The notes under the pieces: generated by a model
What the model was told of the DNA's origin: nothing
Database searches by the model: none
The model's input: only the letters and a program-made list of their open reading frames with translations
Made by a program: the position numbers and the translations under genes
DNA from: Alphaproteobacteria bacterium
GTDB lineage: Bacteria; Pseudomonadota; Alphaproteobacteria; UBA828
Direction of reading: 5' to 3'
Length of the DNA: 64,000 bases
Assembly (NCBI GenBank): GCA_009691045.1
Contig: SHWC01000006.1
Coordinates: 1,912 to 65,911 of the forward strand
Shown here: piece by piece, positions 1 to 10,104 of the stretch
Layout: every line of letters starts with the position of its first letter
Numbering within the stretch: position 1 is the first letter of the stretch

Positions 1-660
1 CCAAAAGGCCTCGATCTCGCCGGTCTTGCCACCCGGTATCGGGCGATTCTCGACCGAACCGAAAAAGGTCGCGACTTGATAGGCGCCATCCATGGTCGAA
101 CCATCGAAAAGAACGCCGGTGTGGCGCGTTTGGCCGGCGACCATGGCGGCGAGCGCGCGGCGCGTATAGGTGCTTGGAAACATCGTGCCGGCTGGCAATT
201 GCACGTCTTTACGCTCCGGCACGGAGAAATGGACGGCGCCACCCTCGGGCCCTAAAGTTGCGACACCTTCGAGTTCCTGCGTGACCGCGCCATCGGCCAT
301 TTGTCGGAGCTTGAAGCCCATGCCCGTGCCGTCGGCGGTCTCATGCGACGAAAAAATCAGTACCGCAATGCTCGATTGGCCCTCGCCGAGCGCAAGCTGC
401 ATGCGCACATGCTGATTGACCAAATAGCCATCGCAGGTTTTTGCCCACTCAAAGTAGGCTGTGCCACGCGTACCGATGATGCCGCTTGATGAACGCGCCT
501 GCAGAAGCTCGAGCGTGTAGACAGCGCGGTGGGACGTGATGTCGGCCAACGTACCCGCATCGCCTTCCGCGCGACCGGCGCTTGGCGTCGCACTCAAAAG
601 GGCGAACACGACCAGGCCATGAAGCGCCAGCGCAGCGCCGGCTTGTACCAAGCGGCGCAT
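1..660 (-). CDS. DUF1849/EipB-like periplasmic protein (partial; 3' end lies beyond the window edge)
   Basis: Absent from the ORF track because it runs off the window. The reverse complement from 660 reads MRRLVQAGAALALHGLVVFALLSATPSAGRAEGDAGTLADITSHRAVYTLELLQARSSSG... This is a signal-peptide-like N-terminus followed by a domain I recall as DUF1849/EipB-like. The frame stays open to position 1. Confidence 0.55.
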   Translation of the reverse strand, partial: MRRLVQAGAALALHGLVVFALLSATPSAGRAEGDAGTLADITSHRAVYTLELLQARSSSGIIGTRGTAYFEWAKTCDGYLVNQHVRMQLALGEGQSSIAVLIFSSHETADGTGMGFKLRQMADGAVTQELEGVATLGPEGGAVHFSVPERKDVQLPAGTMFPSTYTRRALAAMVAGQTRHTGVLFDGSTMDGAYQVATFFGSVENRPIPGGKTGEIEAFW

Positions 661-708
661 TAGCTAGAGTGCGCGCAGCGATGCGGCCCGCGCCATTTGA
701 CGAGGACG

Positions 709-1683
709 ATGATGAAACGAAAGCCGGTTTTATTGATCACGCGGAGAATGCCGCCCTTGGTTCACGAACGGGCGCAGCGGGATTATGACGCCCGTCTTAA
801 TGAGGACGATAGCTTGTACGATTTCGCCGGCCTGGTAAAGGCCGCCGCGGGCGCCGATGCGATGCTGATTTGCCCGAGTGACAAAATTACCCCCGAACTG
901 GTCGACCAATTACCTGACAGCCTGAAAATCATCGCCTGCTTCACCGCCGGCTATGATCACGTCAATGTTCAGGCGGTGCGTCGGCGCGGCCTCACACTGA
1001 CCAACGCCCCCAATCGGCTGACCGATTCGACCGCCGATATCGCGCTTTTGCTCATGCTCGGTGCCGCCCGACGCGCGGGCGAAGGCGAGGCCCTGATGCG
1101 CGCCAAAGGCGGCTGGAGCGGCTGGCACACGCTCTATATGGCCGGTCATGATGTTCACGGCAAACGGCTCGGCATTGTCGGCATGGGGCGGATCGGGCGG
1201 GCGGTGGCGAAGCGCGCGCGCGCCTTCGACATGACCGTTCATTACCACAATCGCTCGCAACTTTCGGCCGAACATGAAGCGGGAGCAACGTTCCATTCGA
1301 CGGTCGAGAGCCTCTTGAAGGTATCTGACTTTCTGTCGCTCAATTGCCCGCTGACCGCTGAAACACGCGATTTGCTGAATGCCGAGCGCATCGCGCTGTT
1401 GCCCGATGGCGCGATCGTGGTCAATACCGCGCGCGGCGATGTGGTCGACGACGAGGCGCTGATCGCCGCGCTCAAATCGGGCAAGCTCGCGGCGGCCGGG
1501 CTCGATGTCTATAAGGGCGAGCCGGGCAACATCAATCCGGAATATTCAAAACTGCCCAACACGTTCCTGTTGCCCCATCTCGGCAGCGCGACGCTGGGAA
1601 CCCGCACCGGCATGGGCATGAATGCGCTCGACAATATCGACGCTTTTTTCTCTGGGCTAAGCCCGCCAAATCTGGTCGCGTGA
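709..1683 (+). CDS. D-isomer-specific 2-hydroxyacid dehydrogenase (glyoxylate/hydroxypyruvate reductase type)
   Basis: 328-aa ORF 697..1683 with NAD-binding GIVGMGRIGRAV and the typical catalytic/NAD domain layout. The ORF opens at TTG 697; I prefer ATG 709/712 just after GAGGA. Confidence 0.85.
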   Translation: MMKRKPVLLITRRMPPLVHERAQRDYDARLNEDDSLYDFAGLVKAAAGADAMLICPSDKITPELVDQLPDSLKIIACFTAGYDHVNVQAVRRRGLTLTNAPNRLTDSTADIALLLMLGAARRAGEGEALMRAKGGWSGWHTLYMAGHDVHGKRLGIVGMGRIGRAVAKRARAFDMTVHYHNRSQLSAEHEAGATFHSTVESLLKVSDFLSLNCPLTAETRDLLNAERIALLPDGAIVVNTARGDVVDDEALIAALKSGKLAAAGLDVYKGEPGNINPEYSKLPNTFLLPHLGSATLGTRTGMGMNALDNIDAFFSGLSPPNLVA

Positions 1684-1843
1684 GCGGCAAAAATTACCGC
1701 CCTATTCGTCCTAAATATCCAAGAATTTCCTCCGAAAGCCGGGCTTTCCTCCTGGCACGATGCTTGCGTCATTCCAGGCAGGATTGGGCCTCGGCCAGCC
1801 ATGACACCAGACCGAGGGGAATGAGGCGAAGGGGAAACGCGCA

Positions 1844-2542
1844 ATGGCGCACGTCAATTATGCCAAGGGAACCGGCCGCCAGCCTGACCTTGGCGTCAAT
1901 ATCGGCCTTCTGGTCGATCGCTTTCTGCAAGCCGCCCGCCATAAAGGGCTGATGGTGAGCGATGACGATCGTGATACGCTGAGCCACCTTCTCGCGGCGG
2001 CGGCCGATGCCGAGGGGCTATTGACCGCGCAAGCGCGCCGCATCGCTTTGCTCGAAACCTTGAGCCTAACCGATGAATTGACCACGCTGATGAACCGGCG
2101 CGGCTTCGAGCGCGAGATGCGCCGGCTCCTCGCCAATGCCAAGCGCTATGACGAACGCGGCGTCATGGCGGTCATCGACCTCGACGATTTCAAGTCGATC
2201 AACGACGTTTATGGCCACGCGGCGGGCGATGCGGTGCTTGCTTCGTTCGGGCGCGCTTTGGCCGCGATGGTGCGGCAGACCGATCTGGTGGCGCGCTTGG
2301 GCGGTGATGAATTCGCGCTGGTGTTGGCGCGGACCGACGTGACCGGTGCGATGGCCCGGATTGCACAAATCGAGCAGTCGCTCGACGGCCTCATTGTTCC
2401 CTATACCTCGCATCGGATTCCGGTCGCGTGTAGTATTGGGACCGTGAAATTCGACGGCTTGGACGATTTCGAACACTTGCTGCAGCGCGTCGACAACGCG
2501 ATGTATGCGAATAAGCGCAAACGCAAGGCGGCACGCGGCTAA
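1844..2542 (+). CDS. GGDEF-domain diguanylate cyclase (short N-terminal region, no recognisable sensor domain)
   Basis: 232-aa ORF with RLGGDEFALVL active-site motif and an upstream RxxD-like region. Confidence 0.85.
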   Translation: MAHVNYAKGTGRQPDLGVNIGLLVDRFLQAARHKGLMVSDDDRDTLSHLLAAAADAEGLLTAQARRIALLETLSLTDELTTLMNRRGFEREMRRLLANAKRYDERGVMAVIDLDDFKSINDVYGHAAGDAVLASFGRALAAMVRQTDLVARLGGDEFALVLARTDVTGAMARIAQIEQSLDGLIVPYTSHRIPVACSIGTVKFDGLDDFEHLLQRVDNAMYANKRKRKAARG

Positions 2543-2714
2543 ACCTCCCGCAAATCGTCCGACACATTCGGACGACGCCCCGCTATGCGGGGCTGATCGA
2601 TCAATCGCGCCGCTTGCGGCGATCTGCCCCCTCGTTTCATGATAGGCCGTTGCCCGCGGGCGACGGTGCATCGCCGCCCGTCCCCGCCTGGGTATTGGAA
2701 CGCGGGAGCGGATC

Positions 2715-4355
2715 ATGAATGGTGGGCAGGCACTCGTCGCAACACTGCTAAGCCACGGCGTCGAGGCCGCGTTTTGCCTGCCGGGCGAAAGCTATCTTGA
2801 GGTCATCGAGGCGCTCAGGCTCGCCAAAGACCGCCTTCGCCTGATCAACACCCGCCATGAATCAGGGGCCTCCTTCGCGGCGGCGGCCTATGGGCGCATC
2901 ACGGGGCGGCCCGGCATTGCGTTCGTGACGCGCGGCCCCGGCGCGACCAATGCCTCAATCGGCGTGCATACCGCGACGCAGGATTCGGTGCCGATGGTTC
3001 TGTTCATCGGGCAAGTACCGACGACCGAGCTTGGTCGCGAGGCGTTTCAGGAAATCGATTATGCGCGCATGTTCGGCGGCCTCGCGAAGGCCGTGTTCGA
3101 GCCGCGGAAGCCCACCGAGGTTGCAGCCATGACCGCGCAGGCCTTGACCATCGCGTGCGCGGGCCGGCCGGGGCCGGTCATCGTGTCCTTGCCCGAGGAT
3201 GTGACCGAGAACGACGCGGGGGATGTTGCCATCCCACGGCCGAGCCCGCGTCAGATCGTCGAGCCCGACGCCGCGCGCCTCAATCAGGTCGCCGACTTGA
3301 TTCGCAACGCGCGAGCGCCGCTCATCATCGCCGGCGAGCAAATCGGTTTCGAAGGCGCGCAAGCGGCGCTCATCGCGTTCGCGGAAAAAACCGGCGCCGG
3401 CGTCGTTGCCGCCTTTCGCCGTCAAGGCGTGATGCCGAGCGACCACGCCGCCTATCTCGGTCATATCGGGCTCGCGCTCACGCCCTATCAGAAGGAGATG
3501 ATGAAGGAGGTCGACCTCATCATCGCGCTCGGCAGTCGGTTCGATGGGGCGACCAGCATTGATTTTTCCTTGGTTGAATCTCATCAAACGCTGATTCAAA
3601 TTTTTCCCGACGCCAAGGTGCTTGGGCGAACGCGCGCGGCGGTGCCGGTGCTCGGTGATGTGGCGCCAACGCTCGCTGGCCTAAGCGCACGACTGAGCGA
3701 ACCACCGCCCAATCAGCGGCAAGAATGGCGCGCGCGCTGGCGCGACAAGGCGGTGGCTTTCATGCGGCCGGAGGGCCAAGACGCGCTCGGGCGGGTTGAC
3801 CAGATCGCCGTGATGAAAACGCTCGGCGCACGCCTGCCGCATGACGCAACGATCACCAATGACGCCGGAAATTTTTCGACCTGGTTGCATCGCTATATGC
3901 CGTTTCGCCAGCCTTCAAGCCAGGCGGCGCCCTGTTGTGGCGCGATGGGCTATGCGGTGGCGGGCGCGATCGGCGCGCAAATCGCGCGCCCCGGCAAGAC
4001 CGTGCTCGCGATGGTGGGCGATGGCGGATTTTTGATGACCGGCCAAGAGCTCATCACCGCGGTCGAACATGATTTGCCGATCAAAATTTTGCTGTGCGAC
4101 AACGCGGCCTACGGCACCATCGTGATGCACCAACAACGCCGATTCGGCCCCGGGCATAATCATGCGGTCGCCATGAAGAGCCCGGATTTCGCCGCCGCCG
4201 CGCGGGCCTGGGGTGCCGCCGCCTATACGGTTGACGATACCGCCGGGTTCGCGCCCGCGCTCGACGCGGCGCTCGCGCATAAGGGGCCGGCGCTCATTCA
4301 CCTCAAGACCGATTTGCGCGATCTCGCCGCCTCGGGGCTCAAGCTCTCCGCCTGA
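2715..4355 (+). CDS. Thiamine-pyrophosphate-dependent enzyme (acetolactate synthase large-subunit-like family)
   Basis: 546-aa ORF with a TPP pyrimidine-binding N-terminal domain (GVEAAFCLPGESYL) and a C-terminal GDGGF...N TPP/Mg motif (MVGDGGFLMTGQEL...CDNAAYG). Confidence 0.85.
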   Translation: MNGGQALVATLLSHGVEAAFCLPGESYLEVIEALRLAKDRLRLINTRHESGASFAAAAYGRITGRPGIAFVTRGPGATNASIGVHTATQDSVPMVLFIGQVPTTELGREAFQEIDYARMFGGLAKAVFEPRKPTEVAAMTAQALTIACAGRPGPVIVSLPEDVTENDAGDVAIPRPSPRQIVEPDAARLNQVADLIRNARAPLIIAGEQIGFEGAQAALIAFAEKTGAGVVAAFRRQGVMPSDHAAYLGHIGLALTPYQKEMMKEVDLIIALGSRFDGATSIDFSLVESHQTLIQIFPDAKVLGRTRAAVPVLGDVAPTLAGLSARLSEPPPNQRQEWRARWRDKAVAFMRPEGQDALGRVDQIAVMKTLGARLPHDATITNDAGNFSTWLHRYMPFRQPSSQAAPCCGAMGYAVAGAIGAQIARPGKTVLAMVGDGGFLMTGQELITAVEHDLPIKILLCDNAAYGTIVMHQQRRFGPGHNHAVAMKSPDFAAAARAWGAAAYTVDDTAGFAPALDAALAHKGPALIHLKTDLRDLAASGLKLSA

Positions 4356-4365
4356 GGCTCACATC

Positions 4366-5562
4366 ATGCCCAAGCGCACCGCCTCGGCCCCAAGCAAATT
4401 GACGGGGCGCTTTTTGGCAAGCCTGAAAGAGATCAACGCGGCCGAATGGGATGCCTGCGCGGGCACGGACCATCCGTTCGTGCGGCATGCGTTTTTGAGT
4501 GCGCTCGAAGATAGCGGCTCGGCGGTCGCGGCGACCGGTTGGTTGGCGCGCCATGTCGTGGTCGAGGATGAGACGCGAGGCGTGGTCGGCGTCATGCCGA
4601 TGTATGCCAAGAGCCATTCTTATGGCGAATATGTCTTCGATCATGGCTGGGCCGAGGCGTTTGAGCGCGCCGGTGGGCGCTATTACCCGAAGCTTCAAGT
4701 GGCGGTGCCGTTCACGCCGGTGCCCGGCCCGCGCCTGATGGCGCGAGCGGACTGCAATACAGTCGCCGTGTTCGATGCCTTGATCGACTCCGCGCTTGCG
4801 CTCGCCGATGAAGCGGCCTTGTCGTCACTGCACCTGACATTCTTGCCCGAGGCCGATGCCACGGCCTTGAAGGCGCGCGATCTGCTCCATCGCACCGGGC
4901 TCCAATTTCATTGGATGAATCAGGGCTATGCGACTTTCGATGACTTTCTCTCGACGCTCGCCGCGCGGAAGCGCAAGCAGATCAAACGCGAACGGCGCGA
5001 GGCGCTACAGGCGGGGCTCAATGTGCGCGTGCTCAGCAGCCGCGACATCGAAGAGCGTCATTGGGATGCGTTCTTCGCTTTCTATGAAGACACGGGAAGC
5101 CGCAAATGGGGCGCGCCCTATTTGACGCGCGCGTTCTTTAGCTTGCTCAGCGAGCGCATGGCCGATGCGATTGTTTTGATCCTGGTTGAGCGCGTCGGTC
5201 GCCCGATCGCAGGCGCGCTCAATTTGCGGGGCAGCGATGCACTCTATGGGCGCAATTGGGGGGCGCTTGAGCACCACCCCTTCCTCCATTTCGAGGTCTG
5301 CTATTACCAGGCGATTGACTATGCGATCGCGCACGGCCTAGCCCGCGTCGAAGCGGGTGCCCAGGGCGAGCATAAACTGGCCCGCGGTTATTTGCCGGTG
5401 GCGACCCATAGCAGTCACTGGATCGCCCATGAGGGCTTGCGCCAAGCGGTTCGGGGATTCTTGGCGCGCGAAACGCCAGCGGTCGCCCAGGAAATCGAAC
5501 TCCTCGCCGATCATGGCCCGTTCCGCCACGGTGCCTCGGCGGCAACATCGAACGACGGCTGA
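4366..5562 (+). CDS. DUF482 / FemAB-like GNAT-fold protein
   Basis: ORF 4213..5562 trimmed to ATG 4366, just after the upstream gene's stop. The sequence MPKRTASAPSKLTGRFLASLKEINAAEWDAC... matches my recollection of the conserved alphaproteobacterial DUF482 family. Confidence 0.65.
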   Translation: MPKRTASAPSKLTGRFLASLKEINAAEWDACAGTDHPFVRHAFLSALEDSGSAVAATGWLARHVVVEDETRGVVGVMPMYAKSHSYGEYVFDHGWAEAFERAGGRYYPKLQVAVPFTPVPGPRLMARADCNTVAVFDALIDSALALADEAALSSLHLTFLPEADATALKARDLLHRTGLQFHWMNQGYATFDDFLSTLAARKRKQIKRERREALQAGLNVRVLSSRDIEERHWDAFFAFYEDTGSRKWGAPYLTRAFFSLLSERMADAIVLILVERVGRPIAGALNLRGSDALYGRNWGALEHHPFLHFEVCYYQAIDYAIAHGLARVEAGAQGEHKLARGYLPVATHSSHWIAHEGLRQAVRGFLARETPAVAQEIELLADHGPFRHGASAATSNDG

Positions 5563-5651
5563 ACCCCAGTCAGTGCCAGCACGCCTGCCCCGGACGAAAT
5601 GGCCAATACTTGTTGACCACCCTAAGCCGGGGGCCTAGCATGACTCTTTAC

Positions 5652-5663
5652 TGTGATCACAGA
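5652..5663 (+). promoter_or_regulatory. Candidate operator: TGTGATCACAGA (core 10-bp perfect palindrome TGTGATCACA; CTGTGATCACAG is a 12-bp palindrome at 5651-5662)
   Basis: Read directly in the 240-nt intergenic region upstream of the ABC importer operon. The identical 12-mer recurs at 61726-61737. Confidence 0.4.
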
Positions 5664-5804
5664 GACCCGGTGCGCAAAAGAATCGGTCCTGGTTGCCTCG
5701 GGCAAGGGTCGGCGATTCGAGTTTCGCCGGCCACGCGATGCAACGGCGTCGCAATAGATAAGTGGGCCGACGGGAGCGACGATCAAACAACTCGGGAGCA
5801 CGTC

Positions 5805-7022
5805 ATGACGACAAAGCGCACTAGCAAGAATCTTTATTTCCATCTCTCACGTCGCCACTTCATCAAGGGCGCGGCGGCGGGCGCCATGATTGTGGGCGCG
5901 CCTGCAATCCTGAAGGGCCTGACGCGCACGGCCAAGGGTGCCGAGAAAGGCACCGTTCGCATGCTGATGACCGCGCCGACGATGATCCCCGGCGATTGGA
6001 AGACGTTCGAAGCCGAGACCGGCTTGAAGATGCAAGAAACGGTGATGAAGGACGACACCGGCCTGTTCCTGACCGAAGTTCAGGTCAATGACGCGGGCGA
6101 TCGTTTCGACATCATCTCGACGCTCGCCGGCGTCGAACGGCCGTTGATCGAGGGTGGCAACATCATTCCGATCGAGCACAAGAACATCCCGAACTGGGCC
6201 GGCATGCCCGACAGCATCAAGGCGGTGCCGTATCTGACGCGCGAATTGAAGCCCGAAGGCGGCTCGGTGTGGGGAACACCGCTCGCCATGAACGCCGATT
6301 CATTCGGCTATTTCCCCGACAAGCTCGGCCTGCCCTATCCGCCGGAAGAAGTGTCATGGTCGCTCGTGTTCGACGACCCGAAGACCATGGGCAAGAGCGC
6401 AACCGGCACGATGTTCTACTACCTTGAAGAGTGCGCGATGTACCTCAAGGGCTCGGGGAAGCTGCAGATTGGCGATCCCGCCAATATGACGCCGGAAGAG
6501 GCCAACAAAGTGGCCGATTATATGATCGAGCGCAAAAAGGCCGGGCAGTTCCGCTCGCTTCACACCACGTTCGACGATCAGGTTCAGCTCATCAAGAATG
6601 GCGAAGTGCTCGCCATCCGTTGTTGGGAACCGGCGGTGAAGGAAGCGCAAAAGGCCGGCATGAAAGACTTCGTGTATTCCAACGCCAAGGAAGGCTACAT
6701 GAAGTGGATGCACGGCTGCTACATCCCGGCGCAAGTCGCGGATCGCGGCAATATCGAAGAGGTCTACAAGGCGCTGAACTGGATCCTCTCGGGCTCCTAT
6801 GCCGCGGCGATCAGCCCGCTACGCGGTTATGTTTCGGGCCGGCCCGACCTCGGCGCTCAATACGCCAAGGAGAAGGGTTTGGACGCGGCGGCGGCGGCGG
6901 CGATTGACGAAGCCCAAGCCAAACTCGGAAAGAAGTTCGCCAAGGACCTGTTCTGGTTTACCGGCGCGCCGGACCACCTGGCCGAGATCCAGGCGGCAGC
7001 CGACCGCTTTGTGAACGCCTGA
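5805..7022 (+). CDS. ABC transporter periplasmic substrate-binding protein (PotD/PotF-like family), Tat-type signal
   Basis: ORF 5610..7022 trimmed to ATG 5805, which sits behind GGGAGCA. The N-terminus MTTKRTSKNLYFHLSRRHFIKGAAAGAMIVGAPAIL carries a twin-arginine signal. It is followed by two permease genes and an ATPase gene. Confidence 0.8.
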   Translation: MTTKRTSKNLYFHLSRRHFIKGAAAGAMIVGAPAILKGLTRTAKGAEKGTVRMLMTAPTMIPGDWKTFEAETGLKMQETVMKDDTGLFLTEVQVNDAGDRFDIISTLAGVERPLIEGGNIIPIEHKNIPNWAGMPDSIKAVPYLTRELKPEGGSVWGTPLAMNADSFGYFPDKLGLPYPPEEVSWSLVFDDPKTMGKSATGTMFYYLEECAMYLKGSGKLQIGDPANMTPEEANKVADYMIERKKAGQFRSLHTTFDDQVQLIKNGEVLAIRCWEPAVKEAQKAGMKDFVYSNAKEGYMKWMHGCYIPAQVADRGNIEEVYKALNWILSGSYAAAISPLRGYVSGRPDLGAQYAKEKGLDAAAAAAIDEAQAKLGKKFAKDLFWFTGAPDHLAEIQAAADRFVNA

Positions 7023-7040
7023 TTTGCGCTAATCGACCCA

Positions 7041-7086
7041 CCCACCCCGGCCGCCCGCACGCGCGCGGTCGGGGTGGGCATTTTCC
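7041..7086 (+). terminator. Intra-operon stem-loop with T-tract after the binding-protein gene (attenuating terminator candidate)
   Basis: CCCACCCCGGCCGC (7041-7054) pairs with GCGGTCGGGGTGGG (7065-7078) and is followed by CATTTTCC. Confidence 0.55.
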
Positions 7087-7110
7087 TCCAAATGTTCATC
7101 AATTGAGCCG

Positions 7111-8028
7111 ATGGCCTTGGCAGAACACGCCGCCGGAATGAAGTTGCGCCAGTTCCTGCCGCGCCTGTCGGTCGGTATTTGGTCGCTCTCCGGCTTCACG
7201 TTCCTCTGGGTCATCGGCATTGTCGTGCCGTTGCTCGGCATTCTGCTGTTCTCGTTTCTGCAGACCAAGGGCATCAAGGTCCAATGGGACCTCACGATCA
7301 AGGCCTATGAGAAACTGTTCTTCTATGGCGGCGGGCCGCTGATCGGGCGCACCATTCGCATCGCGGCGACCATGACCGTGATCGAACTTCTGCTGGCTTT
7401 CCCGTTCGCGTTGTGGCTCGCCAAAGGCGCCAAGAATCAAAACCTGAAGCTGATCACCTTCACGCTGTTGACCGTGCCGTTTTTTCTGAGCCCGGTCGCG
7501 CGCGTGATCGTGTGGCGCTCGGTGATGAGCGTGCATGGCCTGGTCAATACCGCACTCCTCGATATCGGCCTTGTGAGCGAGCCGGTCGAATGGCTGATCT
7601 TTTCAGAATTCGCCGTTCATCTTGGCTATCTCGGTCAGTATTTTCCGGCCATGGTCTGGCCGATCTTTCTGTCGGTCGCGTTGATCGACGATGAATATCT
7701 CGAAGCGAGCAAGGATTTGGGCGCGAGCCGGCTGCGCACGCTCGTCCATGTGATCTTCCCGCTCGCTTTGCCCGGCATCGTGGCGGGCATTATCTTCACC
7801 TTCGTGCCGATGTTGGGCGACACGGTGGTGCCGCAGCAAATGGGCGGCGGCAATGTGATGATGATCAGTCACAATGTCTATACCATGATCGGCGCCTCGA
7901 ACTTCGTGATGGCGGCGGCCCTTTCCGCCATCATCCTGGCGATCATGCTCGCCTTCCAAGTGCTGCTCTGGGCGGCGCTGAGACCGGTCGGCGGGCTCAA
8001 CAACGTATTCGCGAGTCTGCGTCGATGA
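7111..8028 (+). CDS. ABC transporter permease (PotB-like)
   Basis: 305-aa polytopic membrane ORF with an EAA-type loop (EASKDLGASRLRTLVHVIFPLALPG). Confidence 0.85.
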   Translation: MALAEHAAGMKLRQFLPRLSVGIWSLSGFTFLWVIGIVVPLLGILLFSFLQTKGIKVQWDLTIKAYEKLFFYGGGPLIGRTIRIAATMTVIELLLAFPFALWLAKGAKNQNLKLITFTLLTVPFFLSPVARVIVWRSVMSVHGLVNTALLDIGLVSEPVEWLIFSEFAVHLGYLGQYFPAMVWPIFLSVALIDDEYLEASKDLGASRLRTLVHVIFPLALPGIVAGIIFTFVPMLGDTVVPQQMGGGNVMMISHNVYTMIGASNFVMAAALSAIILAIMLAFQVLLWAALRPVGGLNNVFASLRR

Positions 8029-8939
8029 CGGCTTTGGCGGAACCGCCCAAATTGGACGACGCGGCGCCACGCAAGCTGCCGCTCGCGCAAAAAATATCGG
8101 AGCGGTGGCCGGCCTGGGGCTCGATCTTCATCGGCTATTTCGTGCTGCTGATCATTTATTTCCCGATCCTCTGGCTGATGATCCTTTCAATCAGCAGCGA
8201 GCCGCTGACGGGCTTCGCGGGCGATTGGACGCTCCGCTGGTATGACGACATGCTCTATGGCACAGGCCAGCGCGAGGGCGAGGCCTATGCCGTGAATTCC
8301 CGCGTGTTCGATCCGCTTTTTCTGAGCTTGAAGCTCGCCTTCATCACGGCGGCGCTCTGCATGGTGGCCTCACTCTTGATCGGGCCGATTTTGCCGCGTG
8401 TGCGGTTTCGTGGGCCGCTCTTGCTCGGCTATCTCATGCCGCTGATGGTGCCAGGCATTGTGGCGAGCGTGTCGTTGTTCCTCTTCTATCGGCTGGGGCT
8501 GCACTGGAAGATGGGCGAATGGTCGCTCGGCCTCGCCCATTTCGTGTGGGCCTTTCCGTTCGCGCTTCTGGCCATGCTGGTGGTGGCATCGCGCTTCGAT
8601 GCCAGGCTGTTGGAGGCGGCGGCCGATCTTGGCGCGAGCCCGTGGCGGCGTTTTTGGCAAATTCAGGTGCCGATTTTGAAACCCGGCATTTTCGCCGCCG
8701 GCTTTTTCGGCTTCCTGCTCTCATTCAACGAGCTGCCGTTCAGCATCTTCATGCGGGCGGGCGACATCACGCTGCCGATCTATTTGTGGATCCAATCGGG
8801 GGCGCACAATTCCTCGGTGCCGTTGATCTTCGCGCTTAGTACGCTTATCACCATTGCGAGCATCATCTTGACCTTCATCGCGATCAAGGTTGCGTTCGGT
8901 GAAAGGACCGTGCGCGCGACCGACGTAAAAAAGACGTAG
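8025..8939 (+). CDS. ABC transporter permease (PotC-like)
   Basis: 304-aa polytopic membrane ORF with EAAADLGASPWRRFWQIQVPILKPG. There is a 4-nt ATGA overlap with the upstream permease gene. Confidence 0.85.
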   Translation: MTALAEPPKLDDAAPRKLPLAQKISERWPAWGSIFIGYFVLLIIYFPILWLMILSISSEPLTGFAGDWTLRWYDDMLYGTGQREGEAYAVNSRVFDPLFLSLKLAFITAALCMVASLLIGPILPRVRFRGPLLLGYLMPLMVPGIVASVSLFLFYRLGLHWKMGEWSLGLAHFVWAFPFALLAMLVVASRFDARLLEAAADLGASPWRRFWQIQVPILKPGIFAAGFFGFLLSFNELPFSIFMRAGDITLPIYLWIQSGAHNSSVPLIFALSTLITIASIILTFIAIKVAFGERTVRATDVKKT

Positions 8940-8958
8940 AGAGAATGGGGCGGGCGAA

Positions 8959-10104
8959 ATGGCGGTCATAAACGCGAGTGGCTCGGCGAGTGTCAGCGAC
9001 GCTGTGCGCGTGGCCGGTGGCGAGCAAATTCTTGAGGTCGTCAACGCCACGCATCGTTATGGCGAGGTCACCGCGCTCGACCATGTGTCGATCACCGCAC
9101 GGCGCGGTGAGTTTTTGACGCTGTTGGGCGAGAGCGGCTCGGGCAAGACGACGCTCCTTCGCATCATCGCGGGGCTTGAGCGGCCGAGCGCGATCAATCG
9201 CATCACGATCGACGGCACCGACGCCACCTTGCTGCCGGCGAACAAGCGCAACACGACAACCGTGTTTCAGCATTACGCGCTGTTTCCCCATATGTCGGTC
9301 GGCGAGAACATCGAATATGGCCTGCGCGTGCGCGGCATGCCCAAGCCGGAGCGCCGTCAGCGCGCCGAAAAAGTGCTGGAGCTGATCCGCCTACCCGGCC
9401 TTTATGAGCGGCGCGTGCACCAGCTTTCAGGCGGCCAGAAGCAGCGCATCGCGCTTGCGCGCGCGCTCGTCACCGAGCCCGCCATTCTTTTGCTCGATGA
9501 GCCTTTGGGCGCGCTCGATGAGAAACTCCGGATCGACATGCAGGTCGAGCTCAAGGAGCTGCATGAGCGGCTCGGGCTCACATTTATTTATGTCACGCAC
9601 AGCCAGGAAGAAGCGCTCACCATGAGCGATCGCATTCTGCTGATGCGCCATGGCCGCGTGGTGCAAGAGGGCCCGCCGACCGATTTGTTCGAGCGGCCCG
9701 TCGCACGTTTCGTCGCCGAGTTCATGAACGTGGAAAATCTACTCGACGGGACGATCGAGCGCGCGAGCGGTGCTGAGGCCACGGTGCGTATCGGTTCCCA
9801 TTTATTGCGCGGGCCGTGGACCGGGCGGGGCGCGGCTATGCCGGGGACCAAAGCGTGCGTCGCGGTGCGCGCGGAACGGATTCAGCTGGGGCCGGCGCCG
9901 AGCCACGACGCCCAGTCGATCAATCACTTGCCCTGCCGGCCGGGTGTGACGATCTATAAGGGCAAATATGTCGATCAGATGCTGGGGACCGAAATCGGCC
10001 CGGTTAAAGCGCGCGTCTGGGATCGCAGTATGGAGATCAGCACCGCGACCGCCTTTTGGTGGCGGGCGAATGACTGCGCGATCATGCCGGTTGAGAGCGA
10101 ATAA
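8959..10104 (+). CDS. ABC transporter ATP-binding protein (PotA-like, with C-terminal TOBE-like extension)
   Basis: Walker A GESGSGKTT, signature LSGGQKQR and Walker B ILLLDEP. Confidence 0.9.
   Translation: MAVINASGSASVSDAVRVAGGEQILEVVNATHRYGEVTALDHVSITARRGEFLTLLGESGSGKTTLLRIIAGLERPSAINRITIDGTDATLLPANKRNTTTVFQHYALFPHMSVGENIEYGLRVRGMPKPERRQRAEKVLELIRLPGLYERRVHQLSGGQKQRIALARALVTEPAILLLDEPLGALDEKLRIDMQVELKELHERLGLTFIYVTHSQEEALTMSDRILLMRHGRVVQEGPPTDLFERPVARFVAEFMNVENLLDGTIERASGAEATVRIGSHLLRGPWTGRGAAMPGTKACVAVRAERIQLGPAPSHDAQSINHLPCRPGVTIYKGKYVDQMLGTEIGPVKARVWDRSMEISTATAFWWRANDCAIMPVESE

Noticed and set aside
5610-5804. 5' extensions of many ORF-track entries (e.g. 4213, 5610, 11768, 18091, 18725, 37242, 42736, 44087, 46785, 55243, 59985, 61606)
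   Set aside because: The extensions overlap upstream genes or intergenic repeats and have Arg/Pro/Ser-rich composition. Each also precedes an internal ATG that gives the canonical N-terminus of the family, so I trimmed the starts.
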